Shown here: positions 30,422 through 40,222 of the stretch, in pieces
Layout of the letters: every line of letters begins with the position of its first letter
Position numbering within the stretch: position 1 is the stretch's first letter
Source: Candidatus Woesebacteria bacterium UBA5941
GTDB lineage: Bacteria > Patescibacteriota > Microgenomatia > UBA8517
Direction of reading: 5' to 3'
Length of the DNA: 46,002 nt
NCBI GenBank assembly: GCA_002430735.1
Contig: DJCV01000005.1
Span: 1-46,002, forward strand
Made by a program: the position numbers and the translations under genes
The notes under the pieces: model-generated
The model's input: the letters and a program-made list of their open reading frames with translations, nothing else
The model's database searches: none
What the model was told of the DNA's origin: nothing

Positions 30422-30507
30422 AGTATGCCTCTGTTACTCTGAATGTACGATACGTAATAATATCGTAAAGAGGAGAAGTCATCAAGCTATGGGATGTTAT
30501 TGTGAGG

Positions 30508-30947
30508 TTAAGAATTGTCTACCGTTTGTTGTACTTCTTGAGGGTTGGTTGGTTTAACGAGCTGGAAGAGTTGAACAAGTCCGTATGCAACGATTGCGTA
30601 TACGATTCCAGCAATAATCGTTGACCATTCAAATACAGATCCTTCGACAACTGCCGTTTGGAAGATTCCTCTGAATGGAAGGGCAAGTGGGTTACTTCAG
30701 GTATAGATTAAATTAACAAATGGACTTGCTGCATTTGCACCAAGCATTTTTAAGACAACTCTAAAGAGGAGCAGGACTTCAATGACGCCTAAAATGTACC
30801 AGATAACCTGATACGCTCGAAAAATAACTTTCTTTTGTGTATATCCAGTGTGGGGGTGTTGAGAGGTAGTTGTAACGGTTGGATCTGGAGCTTTTACTTC
30901 GTTACTGTTTGCTTTGTTTCCATCTCTTACTTATATTCGGTTCCCAT
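30508..30947 (-). pseudogene. Disrupted YggT-like membrane protein gene
   Basis: Reads ...RAYQVIWYILGVIEVLLLFRVVLKMLGANAASPFVNLIYT*SNPLALPFRGIF...FEWSTIIAGIVYAIVAYGLVQL; in-frame TGA at 30697-99 plus 5' frameshift and stops; missed by the ORF track. Confidence 0.75.
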
Positions 30948-31033
30948 ACTATATGCAAGCTGAACCATATTCAGGTTGCATTTCTAATTAATCAGACATT
31001 TTTATACCTAAACCTGCTAAAATACACTTCTTT

Positions 31034-32458
31034 ATGTCAAAAGAACCAGTCATTATTCGCTTTGATAACGTTTCGTTTGAATACCCCAATACCAAGGTTA
31101 TTCTCGATGAGGCGAATTTTACTGTGCACAGAAATTCGATTATTACGATTGTTGGCCAGAATGGAGCGGGAAAGAGTACGATCTTTAAATTATTACTTGG
31201 AAAATTAAAGCCCCAAAGTGGAAAAATTTTGCTTGAAAATGGAACCAAAATTGGAATAGCTGAGCAAATGGTTCCTGCTGACAAATTGGATTTAGATATT
31301 GTTGAGTATTTTAAGACCGCACTTCCAGAGAAAGAATTTGGTATTGAAGGGGATATTAAGAAAATATTTGAGACAGTCAATTTAGATATTCCGTTAACCA
31401 GAAAAGTAAGAGAACTTTCAGGTGGACAAAAAGCACGATTGCTTTTAGCGTATGCATTAATCACTAACCCTGATGTGTTGCTCCTCGATGAGCCGACTAA
31501 TAACTTAGATACCGACGGCGTGCAGTTTTTAACGTACTTTCTTATGAACTATGAAAAAACGTGTATTGTTATTTCCCACGATGCAGACTTTTTAAATTGC
31601 TTCACAGATGGCGTTTTAAACCTCGACGTGCACACTCATAAAGTGGAACAGTTCGTTGGAGACTATTATGACGTAGTTGAAGAAATTGCTGCAAAATTGG
31701 AGCGTGATAGACAACAAAATGCACGACTGGAACGAAGCATCAAAGAGCGTTTTTCAAAAATAAATAGACTTGGCGGAAAAAGTATTGCCATGAGTCAACT
31801 TGCACGAAAAATTAGAACAGAAATCGATGAAGACCGTGAAGATATGGTTGAAATGAGAAAAGAAGACAAAACAATTCCAGATTTTACTATTCCAAACCAA
31901 GAATATATTGGTGAAATTATCCGAATAACAAAGCCAGTTGAAACACTTTTGGTGAAAGGAATGCGCCTCCACATTAAAGGACCAAATGGAATTGGAAAAA
32001 GCACTTTGTTACGCGCGATCTTAAGTGGCGAGGCAGCAAAAATTAATCCAGATACCCGTGTCGGGTATTACAGCCAAGATTTTACAGAATTAGACTTTAC
32101 TCAAACTGCATTTGAATCATTAGTATCAGTATCTCCGTTAACGAGGCATCAAGAGATTTATGAAACCGCTGCTCGATTTTTGTTAACCGGGGAAGTGTTA
32201 CAAGCAAAAGTAGAGTCCTTGTCAGAGGGGCAAAAAGGATTACTTTGTTATGCACGGCTCGTTTTACAAAAACCAGGACTCCTTATTTTGGACGAGCCAA
32301 CTAATCATATTAACTTCCGCCATATCCCCGTTATTACGAGAGCGATCGATGCATATGAAGGACCAATTATTTTCGTGAGCCACTTAGCAGAATTTTACGA
32401 AAATATTAAAAATGCCCGCCCACTCCATTTACGAGAACGGGTAAATCTTGAGGTATAA
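31034..32458 (+). CDS. ABC-F family ATPase
   Basis: Two ABC domains (GQNGAGKS, LSGGQK, LDEPTNNLD; GPNGIGKS, LSEGQK, LDEPTNH), linker, no TM. Confidence 0.92.
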   Translation: MSKEPVIIRFDNVSFEYPNTKVILDEANFTVHRNSIITIVGQNGAGKSTIFKLLLGKLKPQSGKILLENGTKIGIAEQMVPADKLDLDIVEYFKTALPEKEFGIEGDIKKIFETVNLDIPLTRKVRELSGGQKARLLLAYALITNPDVLLLDEPTNNLDTDGVQFLTYFLMNYEKTCIVISHDADFLNCFTDGVLNLDVHTHKVEQFVGDYYDVVEEIAAKLERDRQQNARLERSIKERFSKINRLGGKSIAMSQLARKIRTEIDEDREDMVEMRKEDKTIPDFTIPNQEYIGEIIRITKPVETLLVKGMRLHIKGPNGIGKSTLLRAILSGEAAKINPDTRVGYYSQDFTELDFTQTAFESLVSVSPLTRHQEIYETAARFLLTGEVLQAKVESLSEGQKGLLCYARLVLQKPGLLILDEPTNHINFRHIPVITRAIDAYEGPIIFVSHLAEFYENIKNARPLHLRERVNLEV

Positions 32459-32473
32459 TTATTCTGTAATTAC

Positions 32474-32887
32474 ATGTCTATTACTGTCGATAAAATTATC
32501 CCCGTTGCAACTGCAGTTGTTCAAAACGCTGAAGGCAAAGTACTGCTATTACAGCGAAGTGCCGTTTCCTCTTTCGAAGACCATTGGCAATTTGTAGAAG
32601 GGAAACTCGAAGAGAGTGAAAAGGTGGATGCCGCATTGAAGCGTGAAATTATGGAGGAACTGAATGTCTCGGTGACTGACATGCAGATAAATACTGTTTT
32701 TCATGTCCATAATGAGCGTGCAGGGAAACACTTTTTGGCATTTCGTATTGTTTTCAATGTCACACTTTCTTCTGATGAAATAACATTAAGTGATGAACAC
32801 AAAGCATTTGGGTGGTTCACAAAGAAAGAAGCACTCGCATTACCGTTAGTTCCTGGAGTCTCTGAGGTCATTGAAGCCTTACTATAA
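32474..32887 (+). CDS. NUDIX hydrolase
   Basis: Nudix box GKLEESEKVDAALKREIMEEL; LSDEH..FGW. Confidence 0.9.
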   Translation: MSITVDKIIPVATAVVQNAEGKVLLLQRSAVSSFEDHWQFVEGKLEESEKVDAALKREIMEELNVSVTDMQINTVFHVHNERAGKHFLAFRIVFNVTLSSDEITLSDEHKAFGWFTKKEALALPLVPGVSEVIEALL

Positions 32888-33523
32888 ATCCTTCGCCTTT
32901 TCTCCTTGAAAGAGGTGAAGCAATTCTTCTGGCTTACTGATTAAGTAGTCTGGATTGTATTGTATAAGCCCTGCTTTCGAATTAAGTCCCCAGGTTACAG
33001 ATGCTATCCTGACCCCGGCTTTCTTGCTTGCTTCTATATCACGAATCTCATCTCCGATATAAACAACTCTGCTGAGATCGATTTTACGGGTACGAATAAC
33101 AGATTGAATCATTTTGTGTTTTCCAAACATTCCGATGTCACCGTAGATGAAATCAAAAATATCTATACCGTTGTTACGAAGGAAAAGTTCTACATTTTGG
33201 CGGCTATTTGAAGTGATAATACCCAACGAATATCCTCTATTCTTTAATTCTTTCAATACAGCGATTAATCCAGTGATTGGCTGTATTTCTGCCATTTCGT
33301 TAGCCTGAATTCTTTTCATATCACGAATGATAAGTGGCATTTTGTAAAATGGTATTTGTAAGAGTTTTATAATAGCCCGTGGGTGTTGCGCACGCAGTTT
33401 TTCTATTTCATCCTTTGATAGCTGGCGCAACTTATACTTGGTTGACAGCACACCGACCGTCTTGATGAAGTGTTCCAACGAATCAGCAATGGTGCCATCA
33501 AAATCAAAAAGTAATGTGTACAT
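32882..33523 (-). CDS. HAD-superfamily phosphatase
   Basis: FDFDGTIADS, ITSN, IGDEIRDIEA, VTWG. Confidence 0.92.
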   Translation of the reverse strand: MYTLLFDFDGTIADSLEHFIKTVGVLSTKYKLRQLSKDEIEKLRAQHPRAIIKLLQIPFYKMPLIIRDMKRIQANEMAEIQPITGLIAVLKELKNRGYSLGIITSNSRQNVELFLRNNGIDIFDFIYGDIGMFGKHKMIQSVIRTRKIDLSRVVYIGDEIRDIEASKKAGVRIASVTWGLNSKAGLIQYNPDYLISKPEELLHLFQGEKAKDL

Positions 33524-33547
33524 GTAATTATATGAATATAAGAAGGG

Positions 33548-33955
33548 TTAAGCAGACTTGATTCGTTCCAGTTGCCCTCGTCGCTTTACGATATTTTTGT
33601 AATCCCATTGAATAGTCCTCGATTCCTCAAGCCACTCGGCTAACTCTTTGACGTTAATTTGATCAATCGAATTGTATCGAACTTCGGCTGCTTTAAATGT
33701 TCCCTCCGGTGTTAAACCTGGTTCGTCAAAAGATTGCCCGCTCCAGAATAGTAACCGAACACTATCTTTCAGTTTGCTATATCCGACAATTGGATTTCCA
33801 TTCAAAAACCAGACTGGGTGTGCATGCCAGATCTTGCTTTCAGCTTCAGGTAAATTCTTTTGAATTATTTCCTTTAGAAGTTCACAAATAGCACGATCAC
33901 TTTCAGTTTGCTCGGTATTATATTCTTGAATTGTTTTTATCTGCGTATCTGCCAT
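33548..33955 (-). CDS. DUF1801 family protein
   Basis: KIWHAHPVWFLNGNPIVGY, LLFWSGQSF, QWDYKNIVKR. Confidence 0.8.
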   Translation of the reverse strand: MADTQIKTIQEYNTEQTESDRAICELLKEIIQKNLPEAESKIWHAHPVWFLNGNPIVGYSKLKDSVRLLFWSGQSFDEPGLTPEGTFKAAEVRYNSIDQINVKELAEWLEESRTIQWDYKNIVKRRGQLERIKSA

Positions 33956-34000
33956 TGCTGTATTAAGCATATTGTACCGCGGCATAGGGAACAGTGGCAC

Positions 34001-34036
34001 TATATCGATTGACAATATATCGACACACGATATAAT
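34001..34036 (+). promoter_or_regulatory. padR promoter with two overlapping palindromic operators
   Basis: TATATCG-N5-CAATATA (34001-19) and perfect TATATCG-N5-CGATATA (34016-34) overlap TTGACA (34009-14) and TATAAT (34031-36). Confidence 0.75.
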
Positions 34037-34042
34037 ACGGGT

Positions 34043-34378
34043 ATGAATAATTCTCTTTCTCAGTCTGAGTTTTATATCCTATTGTCACTTGCCATTCAAA
34101 GCCGCCACGGCTATGAAATCATGAAACAAGTGGAACAAGACTCTGGTCGCAAGGTACTTCTTGGACCGGGGACCCTGTATGGTTCTATTAAACGAATGCT
34201 TGAATCTCACCTCATTGAAGAAGTTGCGGGGGATAACCCACGCCGCAAATACTACACATTAACTGAAAAGGGACGAAAGTCTTTTTCTGCTGAACTCAAT
34301 CGATATAACGAAGCGGTGGAGCTGGCTAAACGAAAAGATTTATTCCGAGAACTCGGAATTGCAAAACTGACGTTTTAA
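34043..34378 (+). CDS. PadR family transcriptional regulator
   Basis: ILLSL..RHGYEIMK, GPGTLYGSIKRM, RRKYYTLTEKG. Confidence 0.93.
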   Translation: MNNSLSQSEFYILLSLAIQSRHGYEIMKQVEQDSGRKVLLGPGTLYGSIKRMLESHLIEEVAGDNPRRKYYTLTEKGRKSFSAELNRYNEAVELAKRKDLFRELGIAKLTF

Positions 34379-34381
34379 TCT

Positions 34382-34909
34382 ATGCATAAATTACTTATCC
34401 ATATATCTGAAAAACTGTACGAGTTTGTTTTGCAGTTTTACCCTAAGAGATATCGCCGTGAATTTGAAGGCGAAATGAAATACGTTTTTTCTGAAACATT
34501 GAAGGATGCGTATGCACATCATGGCGAACCGGGGTTGTTCAGCGTGTGGGTGAGGACCACTTTTGACACAATAGAGAGCTTATTTATTCAACATATTGAA
34601 GAACAGAGAGGAGGTGTTGATATGAATACTAAAATTACGAAGAGTATCGTTCGCGTCGCAGCAGTAACTGGCGCAATCTTACTCATTCCAATTATTGGGA
34701 TGCAAGTAAGTAGTGAGTGGAATTGGAATCTCTTTGATTTCATCGTAATGGGAGCACTGGTCTTCGGAACAGGAAGTTTAATTGAGTTAGCGAGACACAA
34801 AGTAAAAAGCGAACATAGACGTTCTGTTATCATCGCAATCATTGTCTTGGCCTGTTTGTATGTGTGGGCAGAACTTGCAGTTGGGATTTTTACGAATTTA
34901 GGGAGCTAA
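34382..34909 (+). CDS. PadR-associated membrane protein
   Basis: N-terminal FYPKRYRREFEGEM..F motif plus three TM ending VWAELAVGIF. Confidence 0.75.
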   Translation: MHKLLIHISEKLYEFVLQFYPKRYRREFEGEMKYVFSETLKDAYAHHGEPGLFSVWVRTTFDTIESLFIQHIEEQRGGVDMNTKITKSIVRVAAVTGAILLIPIIGMQVSSEWNWNLFDFIVMGALVFGTGSLIELARHKVKSEHRRSVIIAIIVLACLYVWAELAVGIFTNLGS

Positions 34910-34986
34910 CGAATACCTGGGTGTTTGCAAAGGGATTTTTCTTGCAGCATCCAGGTTCGTTTGTATCCGAGCAGTCTTCTTCAAAC

Positions 34987-35529
34987 TTACGCATCAAGAA
35001 GTGCCCAATTACGAGACACATGGGGTTCACTACATAAATTACGATTAAAGCAACACGGTCGTCTCATCCCTTTATGTAATTTATCAATCGCTACATCAAT
35101 ATGTTTCTGGCGAGTCTCCGGTGTTTTAACCGCGCGTATCCATCGAATCCAATCCCAATGGGCGAGCGGGGTAATATCATTCCACAGTTCCTGGGCTTTT
35201 GGAGAAGCATTGAGCGCCATTTGTAAATCCTCAGGTACTTCAGGTTCAATCCATTCTTTTGTTGGTTCAATCGAAACGCTTACGGTATCCCCCACCGTGG
35301 CAGATGCTTCACGAAGGAGTTTTGCGTCGGGTCTAAACCAATGACTTGGTGTCTTTCCTGGACCATATTTTCCATCAGGTTCAAGCAACGTTTTAAATGG
35401 AACACCGTTTAAAGTTCCCGAAACCATGGTCATTCCGCGTGAGGGAAGGAGCTTTGAGGATTCTTCAGGTAACTTAAGAATTGTCCAGGCATTAATTTCA
35501 ATGAGTTTTGCTTGAAAATGGATTGGCAT
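34987..35529 (-). CDS. DUF1905 / YdeI-OmpD-associated family protein
   Basis: LPSRG...GTLNG, VPEDLQMAL, WIRWI...KTPETR. Confidence 0.82.
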   Translation of the reverse strand: MPIHFQAKLIEINAWTILKLPEESSKLLPSRGMTMVSGTLNGVPFKTLLEPDGKYGPGKTPSHWFRPDAKLLREASATVGDTVSVSIEPTKEWIEPEVPEDLQMALNASPKAQELWNDITPLAHWDWIRWIRAVKTPETRQKHIDVAIDKLHKGMRRPCCFNRNLCSEPHVSRNWALLDA

Positions 35530-35805
35530 GGGTATTTGAGAAGTTTAAATGCAAGATTGGGGTCGACTAGTGACCGACATTCGTACTTATTATATCAATG
35601 CTGAAAGTAAAGAGCGAGAACTACTAAAAGCACTCATTTTGAGAGCAGAATCTTCACATTTTCAAGCAAATTTTGTATAAAAAGACACTATTAACCCCTT
35701 TTTATCATGTCTAAAAACCTCCAATTAGCCTCAAAAGTTGTTGCTATGGGGCCTTTTTATCGTGGGAAAAAACCTCTTTTTGTGCTTTTTATAGCACCGA
35801 AAAAT

Positions 35806-36165
35806 TCATTTTAGCCTTGAAGTTTGTTGATTTTCATCTAATTTAATTGAAATTCCCACGACTCCATATAGTTTTTCATCATCTTTACTATAAAATTTGT
35901 AATAAACATCGACCGCTTCCTCAAGATTTCTTGCGTTTGGGATGACTTTTTCAATGCCTTCTGAAAGAATTAATGTTCTAAAACTTGGATATTTAGTAAC
36001 TTTTACTACTTTAACTTCAAGATCGTTGATTTTAATGAGGTCATCTTTTTGGAGTTTAAGATACTTTTCCTTTGCAAGCCTCCCTTCAACTGTCTTCTTG
36101 CCTGATTTTATGAAACTTAGATATGGTTCTTGAACACTTAACTTGAGTTTATATTTATTTTGCAT
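35806..36165 (-). CDS. ASCH domain protein
   Basis: EPYLSFIKSGKKTVEGRL, YPSF, YYKFYS..DE..YGVVGI. Confidence 0.9.
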   Translation of the reverse strand: MQNKYKLKLSVQEPYLSFIKSGKKTVEGRLAKEKYLKLQKDDLIKINDLEVKVVKVTKYPSFRTLILSEGIEKVIPNARNLEEAVDVYYKFYSKDDEKLYGVVGISIKLDENQQTSRLK

Positions 36166-36200
36166 CCTTAATTATAAGAAAATCAAAATTATTATCCAAT

Positions 36201-36255
36201 AAAAAAGGCCAGTCAACTTCTAATCTCAAATTTCAAGATTAAAAATCTACTGGCC
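36201..36255 (-). terminator. Terminator of the M23/crystallin/PKD gene
   Basis: GGCCAGT/ACTGGCC long hairpin next to A6. Confidence 0.65.
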
Positions 36256-36290
36256 AATGAGCCTACTTCAGAATTACTTCTGCGTAAGCA

Positions 36291-39044
36291 TTAGCTTCCA
36301 ACAGTTACCTGTGCGGTCACTGGGTAATTGTTGCCATCAAGTCCCTTGCAGGTGAAGGTTGCAGTCCAAGTACCTGCGGCATAGTTGTGGGTATATCCAT
36401 TTTGGTGACCAATGCTGGTACCACTACCGCCGAAATACCCGACATTACTACTGTCACCCCAGTCCAAGATTTGCCAATCCTCTGCACAGTTGCTCCAATC
36501 AGCATCTGCCTCAACCAGATTGTTCTGAGGGTCAGTGACAGTGAGAGTCAAAGACAGAGTTGGCGGCACCGGCGTTGGTGTCGGTGGAACAGGAGTCGGA
36601 GTGTGAGGCCCTGTCACCACAATTTGCTGTGTGGTTTGATAGGTCTGCCCTGTACGACTGTTGACGGTGAAAGTCATTGTGAATGTACCCACTGGGAAGA
36701 TGTGCGAGTCCACTTTCGTGTCCGCTGTTCCCTGGTAGTCCACATACGCCCCGTCATGTCCAAAGTCCACTCGTTGCCAGCTATCAACCGGTGCGTTAGC
36801 CCAAGTTGCTGTATAGTTGACCAAACCACTAACTGCATCAACAGAGTTGAGTGTAAGTGACATTGTTGGCACTGGCATCACAATCTGTTGACTTGTTGGG
36901 TAGTTTTGTCCGTCCAGACCCTTCACTGTAAAACTCAAGGTGTAAGTGCCTGGGTTATAGATATGAGTCGCGTTCTGCGAACCAGATGCGCCATTCACAT
37001 CAAACGATTGTCCATCGCCAAAATCAATGTGATGCCAATCAGCTAGTGCATTGCTCCAGTTGAGTGTGAAGTCAACCAGACCACTGCCAGTGTGCGCTGA
37101 ATTGATTGTAAGCGAGAATGTCGGCGCTGGAGGCTGAACCACGACTTGTTGGGTATATGGATAGCCCACACCGTCAGTGCCATAGACAGTGACCGTCACA
37201 TCATATGTGCCATAGTTGGCATATTGGTGAGTCGGTGAGACATCGCCAGATCCACCCTGAACATCGAATGTTGCTCCATCTCCAAAGTCAAAATGCTGCC
37301 AGACAGGAGCTGCTCCCGACCACACAAGGTGGTTAGCAACTTCCTTAGTGGCAATGTTTGTGACTGTTGCTGTAAAGTTCACAGTAGGAGGATGAATCCG
37401 TCCACCACAGATAGAGTCATGGAAAACTTCGATACTTTCGATTGTGTCATTGACTGGCGTGCCAGTGTTGAGAGTGTTGTTTGTGAGGTCAGGATCACTT
37501 GCCGTAAAGCAGGCAAACCCACCACCAAGACTTCCACTTTCATATAGGACCGCTGACCAGCCAGGTGCCACGCCGATTGATGTGATGCCGTTGGAAACAT
37601 AGCCTGCAACATTGCCATTGAAAGGATCGTGCCATCCATAGTGAGTGTTCCAGTAGTTAGGATCAACCCATACAGTTACAGTATCTCCTGGCTCTGTGCC
37701 CAGATATGCCCCACCGCAATTCGAGTTGTGGAAAACATTGACCGAACTAATCGTGTCAGTCATCGGGCTGCTGTCGTTGTAATAAGCGCCAGAAAGATCA
37801 GAGTAGCTTGTTACCAAGCACTTTGTCGTTCCGCCGCCATTTGCATCTTTAGCAACCAGAATAGACCAACCGCTATCAAGAGCAATGCTACTGATACGGT
37901 CATCCATATAATTCGGAACATTTACCCAACCACCAGTTGGATTATCCCAACCATACTGCGTTGGTTGATAATTGGTGTTCTCGTACACATCCACCTTTGA
38001 GTCACCAACCTGTGAGGGTGGTGTGGGGCTAGGACCTGGGGTAGGCGTTGGGCTAGGAGGGGATGAAAGGTCAGAAAACATAACCTGTCCACCGCCAATT
38101 GCTCCATGTCCTGCAAACCTAACAGCAGTTGTCATGTCGATGTTTTCACAGTCAACAGTACTGTTGCACTGAGAAGCAAAGGCTTCAGGAATGCGTACCC
38201 ACCTGTTTGTCAGGAATGTGGTTTGGTAGGTGGGGTAATCGTTTCGGTCCCAATAGGCAAAATTGCTGACCGTAGTCAGATTTTCTGCAATTCCACCGCT
38301 GAAAAGGTCAATAGCGACTCCGTCATAGTTCTGAATCGTAGATGATCCAGAAGATGTGTGATACCCATAGATGGTGTAACCATTAACTGACTGGTTTTCC
38401 CAGCTTATTGGGTTTCCAATCGGCTGAAGAGGCGTTTCACCAACAAAACCGACACAGAGTCTTGTACATGTAGCCCCTTCTCTTAATTCAAGATGGAGAT
38501 GTACATGCCATGCGTCAGGGTCGATATTTCCACCACTAATTCCAGTACCTCCTACATGCCCAATCATGTCACCTACTTCGACATGATATGGCTGCCCCTG
38601 ATCAAGAGAATCCTCAAAATAGGGCCAGTAGTCAAATAGGTGACCATAAATTAGCACTTGCCCTGTGGTGAGTTTTATTGCGACCTGATTTCCAAAGCTA
38701 CCCTTGCCAGCATAAATTACATCTCCTTCTGCCATCGCAAGTGCCACAAAACCACAGTTACCTCCACTGAGTGTACTGTTATATGGAATGCCACATGGCT
38801 GATCGGGTCCTCCCGCGAAATCGATACCAGAAGCATCTGCCGATTGCACGATAGCTAGCCCATTAGTATTGCCGAAAGAATGAGGTCCACCTTCAAAACG
38901 GACTTGACCATTCATGCCCGACCCGTAAGGTAGCTCTAGTACTGGATCCAGCGCATTTACTTGAGATGCCTGCGGAAGCAGAATCCCTAGCGCCAGAACG
39001 ACAAGAACAAGAATTGCTAAACTGCGTATTACCTTGCTGTCCAA
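36291..39044 (-). CDS. Secreted M23-family peptidase with beta/gamma-crystallin and PKD repeats
   Basis: Signal peptide; GIDF, YGHL, HLHLELR M23 motifs; four crystallin-like repeats (DRISSI, DTISSV, NGITSI, DTIESI); four PKD-like repeats (DFGDG/DWGD...H.Y..G); PT linkers; TTG start after AAGGAGG. Confidence 0.85.
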   Translation of the reverse strand: MDSKVIRSLAILVLVVLALGILLPQASQVNALDPVLELPYGSGMNGQVRFEGGPHSFGNTNGLAIVQSADASGIDFAGGPDQPCGIPYNSTLSGGNCGFVALAMAEGDVIYAGKGSFGNQVAIKLTTGQVLIYGHLFDYWPYFEDSLDQGQPYHVEVGDMIGHVGGTGISGGNIDPDAWHVHLHLELREGATCTRLCVGFVGETPLQPIGNPISWENQSVNGYTIYGYHTSSGSSTIQNYDGVAIDLFSGGIAENLTTVSNFAYWDRNDYPTYQTTFLTNRWVRIPEAFASQCNSTVDCENIDMTTAVRFAGHGAIGGGQVMFSDLSSPPSPTPTPGPSPTPPSQVGDSKVDVYENTNYQPTQYGWDNPTGGWVNVPNYMDDRISSIALDSGWSILVAKDANGGGTTKCLVTSYSDLSGAYYNDSSPMTDTISSVNVFHNSNCGGAYLGTEPGDTVTVWVDPNYWNTHYGWHDPFNGNVAGYVSNGITSIGVAPGWSAVLYESGSLGGGFACFTASDPDLTNNTLNTGTPVNDTIESIEVFHDSICGGRIHPPTVNFTATVTNIATKEVANHLVWSGAAPVWQHFDFGDGATFDVQGGSGDVSPTHQYANYGTYDVTVTVYGTDGVGYPYTQQVVVQPPAPTFSLTINSAHTGSGLVDFTLNWSNALADWHHIDFGDGQSFDVNGASGSQNATHIYNPGTYTLSFTVKGLDGQNYPTSQQIVMPVPTMSLTLNSVDAVSGLVNYTATWANAPVDSWQRVDFGHDGAYVDYQGTADTKVDSHIFPVGTFTMTFTVNSRTGQTYQTTQQIVVTGPHTPTPVPPTPTPVPPTLSLTLTVTDPQNNLVEADADWSNCAEDWQILDWGDSSNVGYFGGSGTSIGHQNGYTHNYAAGTWTATFTCKGLDGNNYPVTAQVTVGS

Positions 39045-39183
39045 GATTTCCTCCTTGGAATACAAAATGTTAAAGTTCGAAACCCAATGTTTCGGGTAAA
39101 TTTTAACTCAACAGCGAAGGAAAAACAATTTGAAGAAAGTCAGTTTTTTGCAAAATGGCTCATAGAAAGGTTAAAATAGTGAC

Positions 39184-39870
39184 ATGTCTAAGCAGAAAAA
39201 GAGAAAAATAAATAATTTGCAGATTTTAGTTGGGATCGTTGTCATTCTGGTATTGACAGCGTTCGTTTTCATTTCTCAACCTAGGTCAACAATAAATAAC
39301 CAACCAAAAATCTTTCCTACCCCCAGTCCAATTGTTCGAGTAGAGACTTCCTCACAGGAAATATCTAGTTATATACAACAAATCTTTCGTAATGAAATAG
39401 AACACAATAAAGAGGTATTCCCTGTTGGGTATATTCTTAATTCTTATAATTATCATGGTGGTAGTGGTGTAGGTGTAGAGGCCTTCAAATATGAAAAAGG
39501 TAACAGCATTTTATTTAAGGATGAGGATTTGATAGACCCTACAGATATTAGCCTAGAAGTAGAAAATTTCCCCAAATTAAGAATAGGCGCTCAAAAACTA
39601 ACAACTTGCGCTGGATTACATGGTTGTGCCAATAGTGATGTTACTGGGTATAAATTCGGTTCAAGAATGTGGGGTTCGACAGACAGGTATTCAGTCGGTA
39701 CTTGGGACCGAATATATTACACATATGACAAGAACACTCAACAAATAATTTATGTAAAAGTCAGTTTTTACAATGTCACAAACAGTGATGTTAGAAAGGG
39801 AGTCCTTAATGTTTATCCCGAATTTAAAGATACTCTTCAAAAGGTAGAAAAAGAGATTTTAACCTTCTAA
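39184..39870 (+). CDS. Hypothetical single-TM surface protein
   Basis: Basic N-terminus, TM, PTPSP linker; ATG 6 nt after TAAAAT. Confidence 0.78.
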   Translation: MSKQKKRKINNLQILVGIVVILVLTAFVFISQPRSTINNQPKIFPTPSPIVRVETSSQEISSYIQQIFRNEIEHNKEVFPVGYILNSYNYHGGSGVGVEAFKYEKGNSILFKDEDLIDPTDISLEVENFPKLRIGAQKLTTCAGLHGCANSDVTGYKFGSRMWGSTDRYSVGTWDRIYYTYDKNTQQIIYVKVSFYNVTNSDVRKGVLNVYPEFKDTLQKVEKEILTF

Positions 39871-40160
39871 TCAATCTGGAGTGTACCTAAAATATCGTCA
39901 ATTAACTTCTGATCACAATCCGTAGTTGTTCGTATAGAGTAATAGTTTTGGTTTTTCTTCAGAACAAATATGCCGGACTCTCCATGATTCTCGTAGTTAT
40001 TGCGAATCTCGAGGTTAATCCATTGGTATCCGCCTATTGTCCTGTTATCAAGACGCTTGTATGTGTCAATAAATTCAATCTCTTCATACTGCCATAATCT
40101 ATTAACTTCTTTTTGTGTATTCGCCTGAATCTCAAGGCAAGACAATTTTTTGCCAGGGCC
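39867..40160 (-). pseudogene. 5'-truncated surface-protein gene (PsbP-like C-terminus); 5' boundary approximate
   Basis: Open frame ending QKLIDDILGTLQID* has no credible start before running into tRNA-His. Confidence 0.5.
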
Positions 40161-40222
40161 AAAAGAAATTTTTAAGGAATCTGGATAATCACTTGTAATT
40201 CCTTGTGCAACCAATGTTTTAG

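Noticed and set aside
30697-30699. In-frame TGA as evidence of genetic code 25 (TGA=Gly)
   Set aside because: gatA, uvrC and other genes end in TGA, long genes have no internal TGA, and this gene has other lesions
36560-38060. Short Pro/Thr-coding repeats as a DNA repeat system
   Set aside because: They are ordinary low-complexity protein linkers
39082-39097. TTCGGGT as a fourth LexA box upstream of the M23 gene
   Set aside because: There is no second half-site at 11-bp spacing; it is better explained as an RNA hairpin just after the -10
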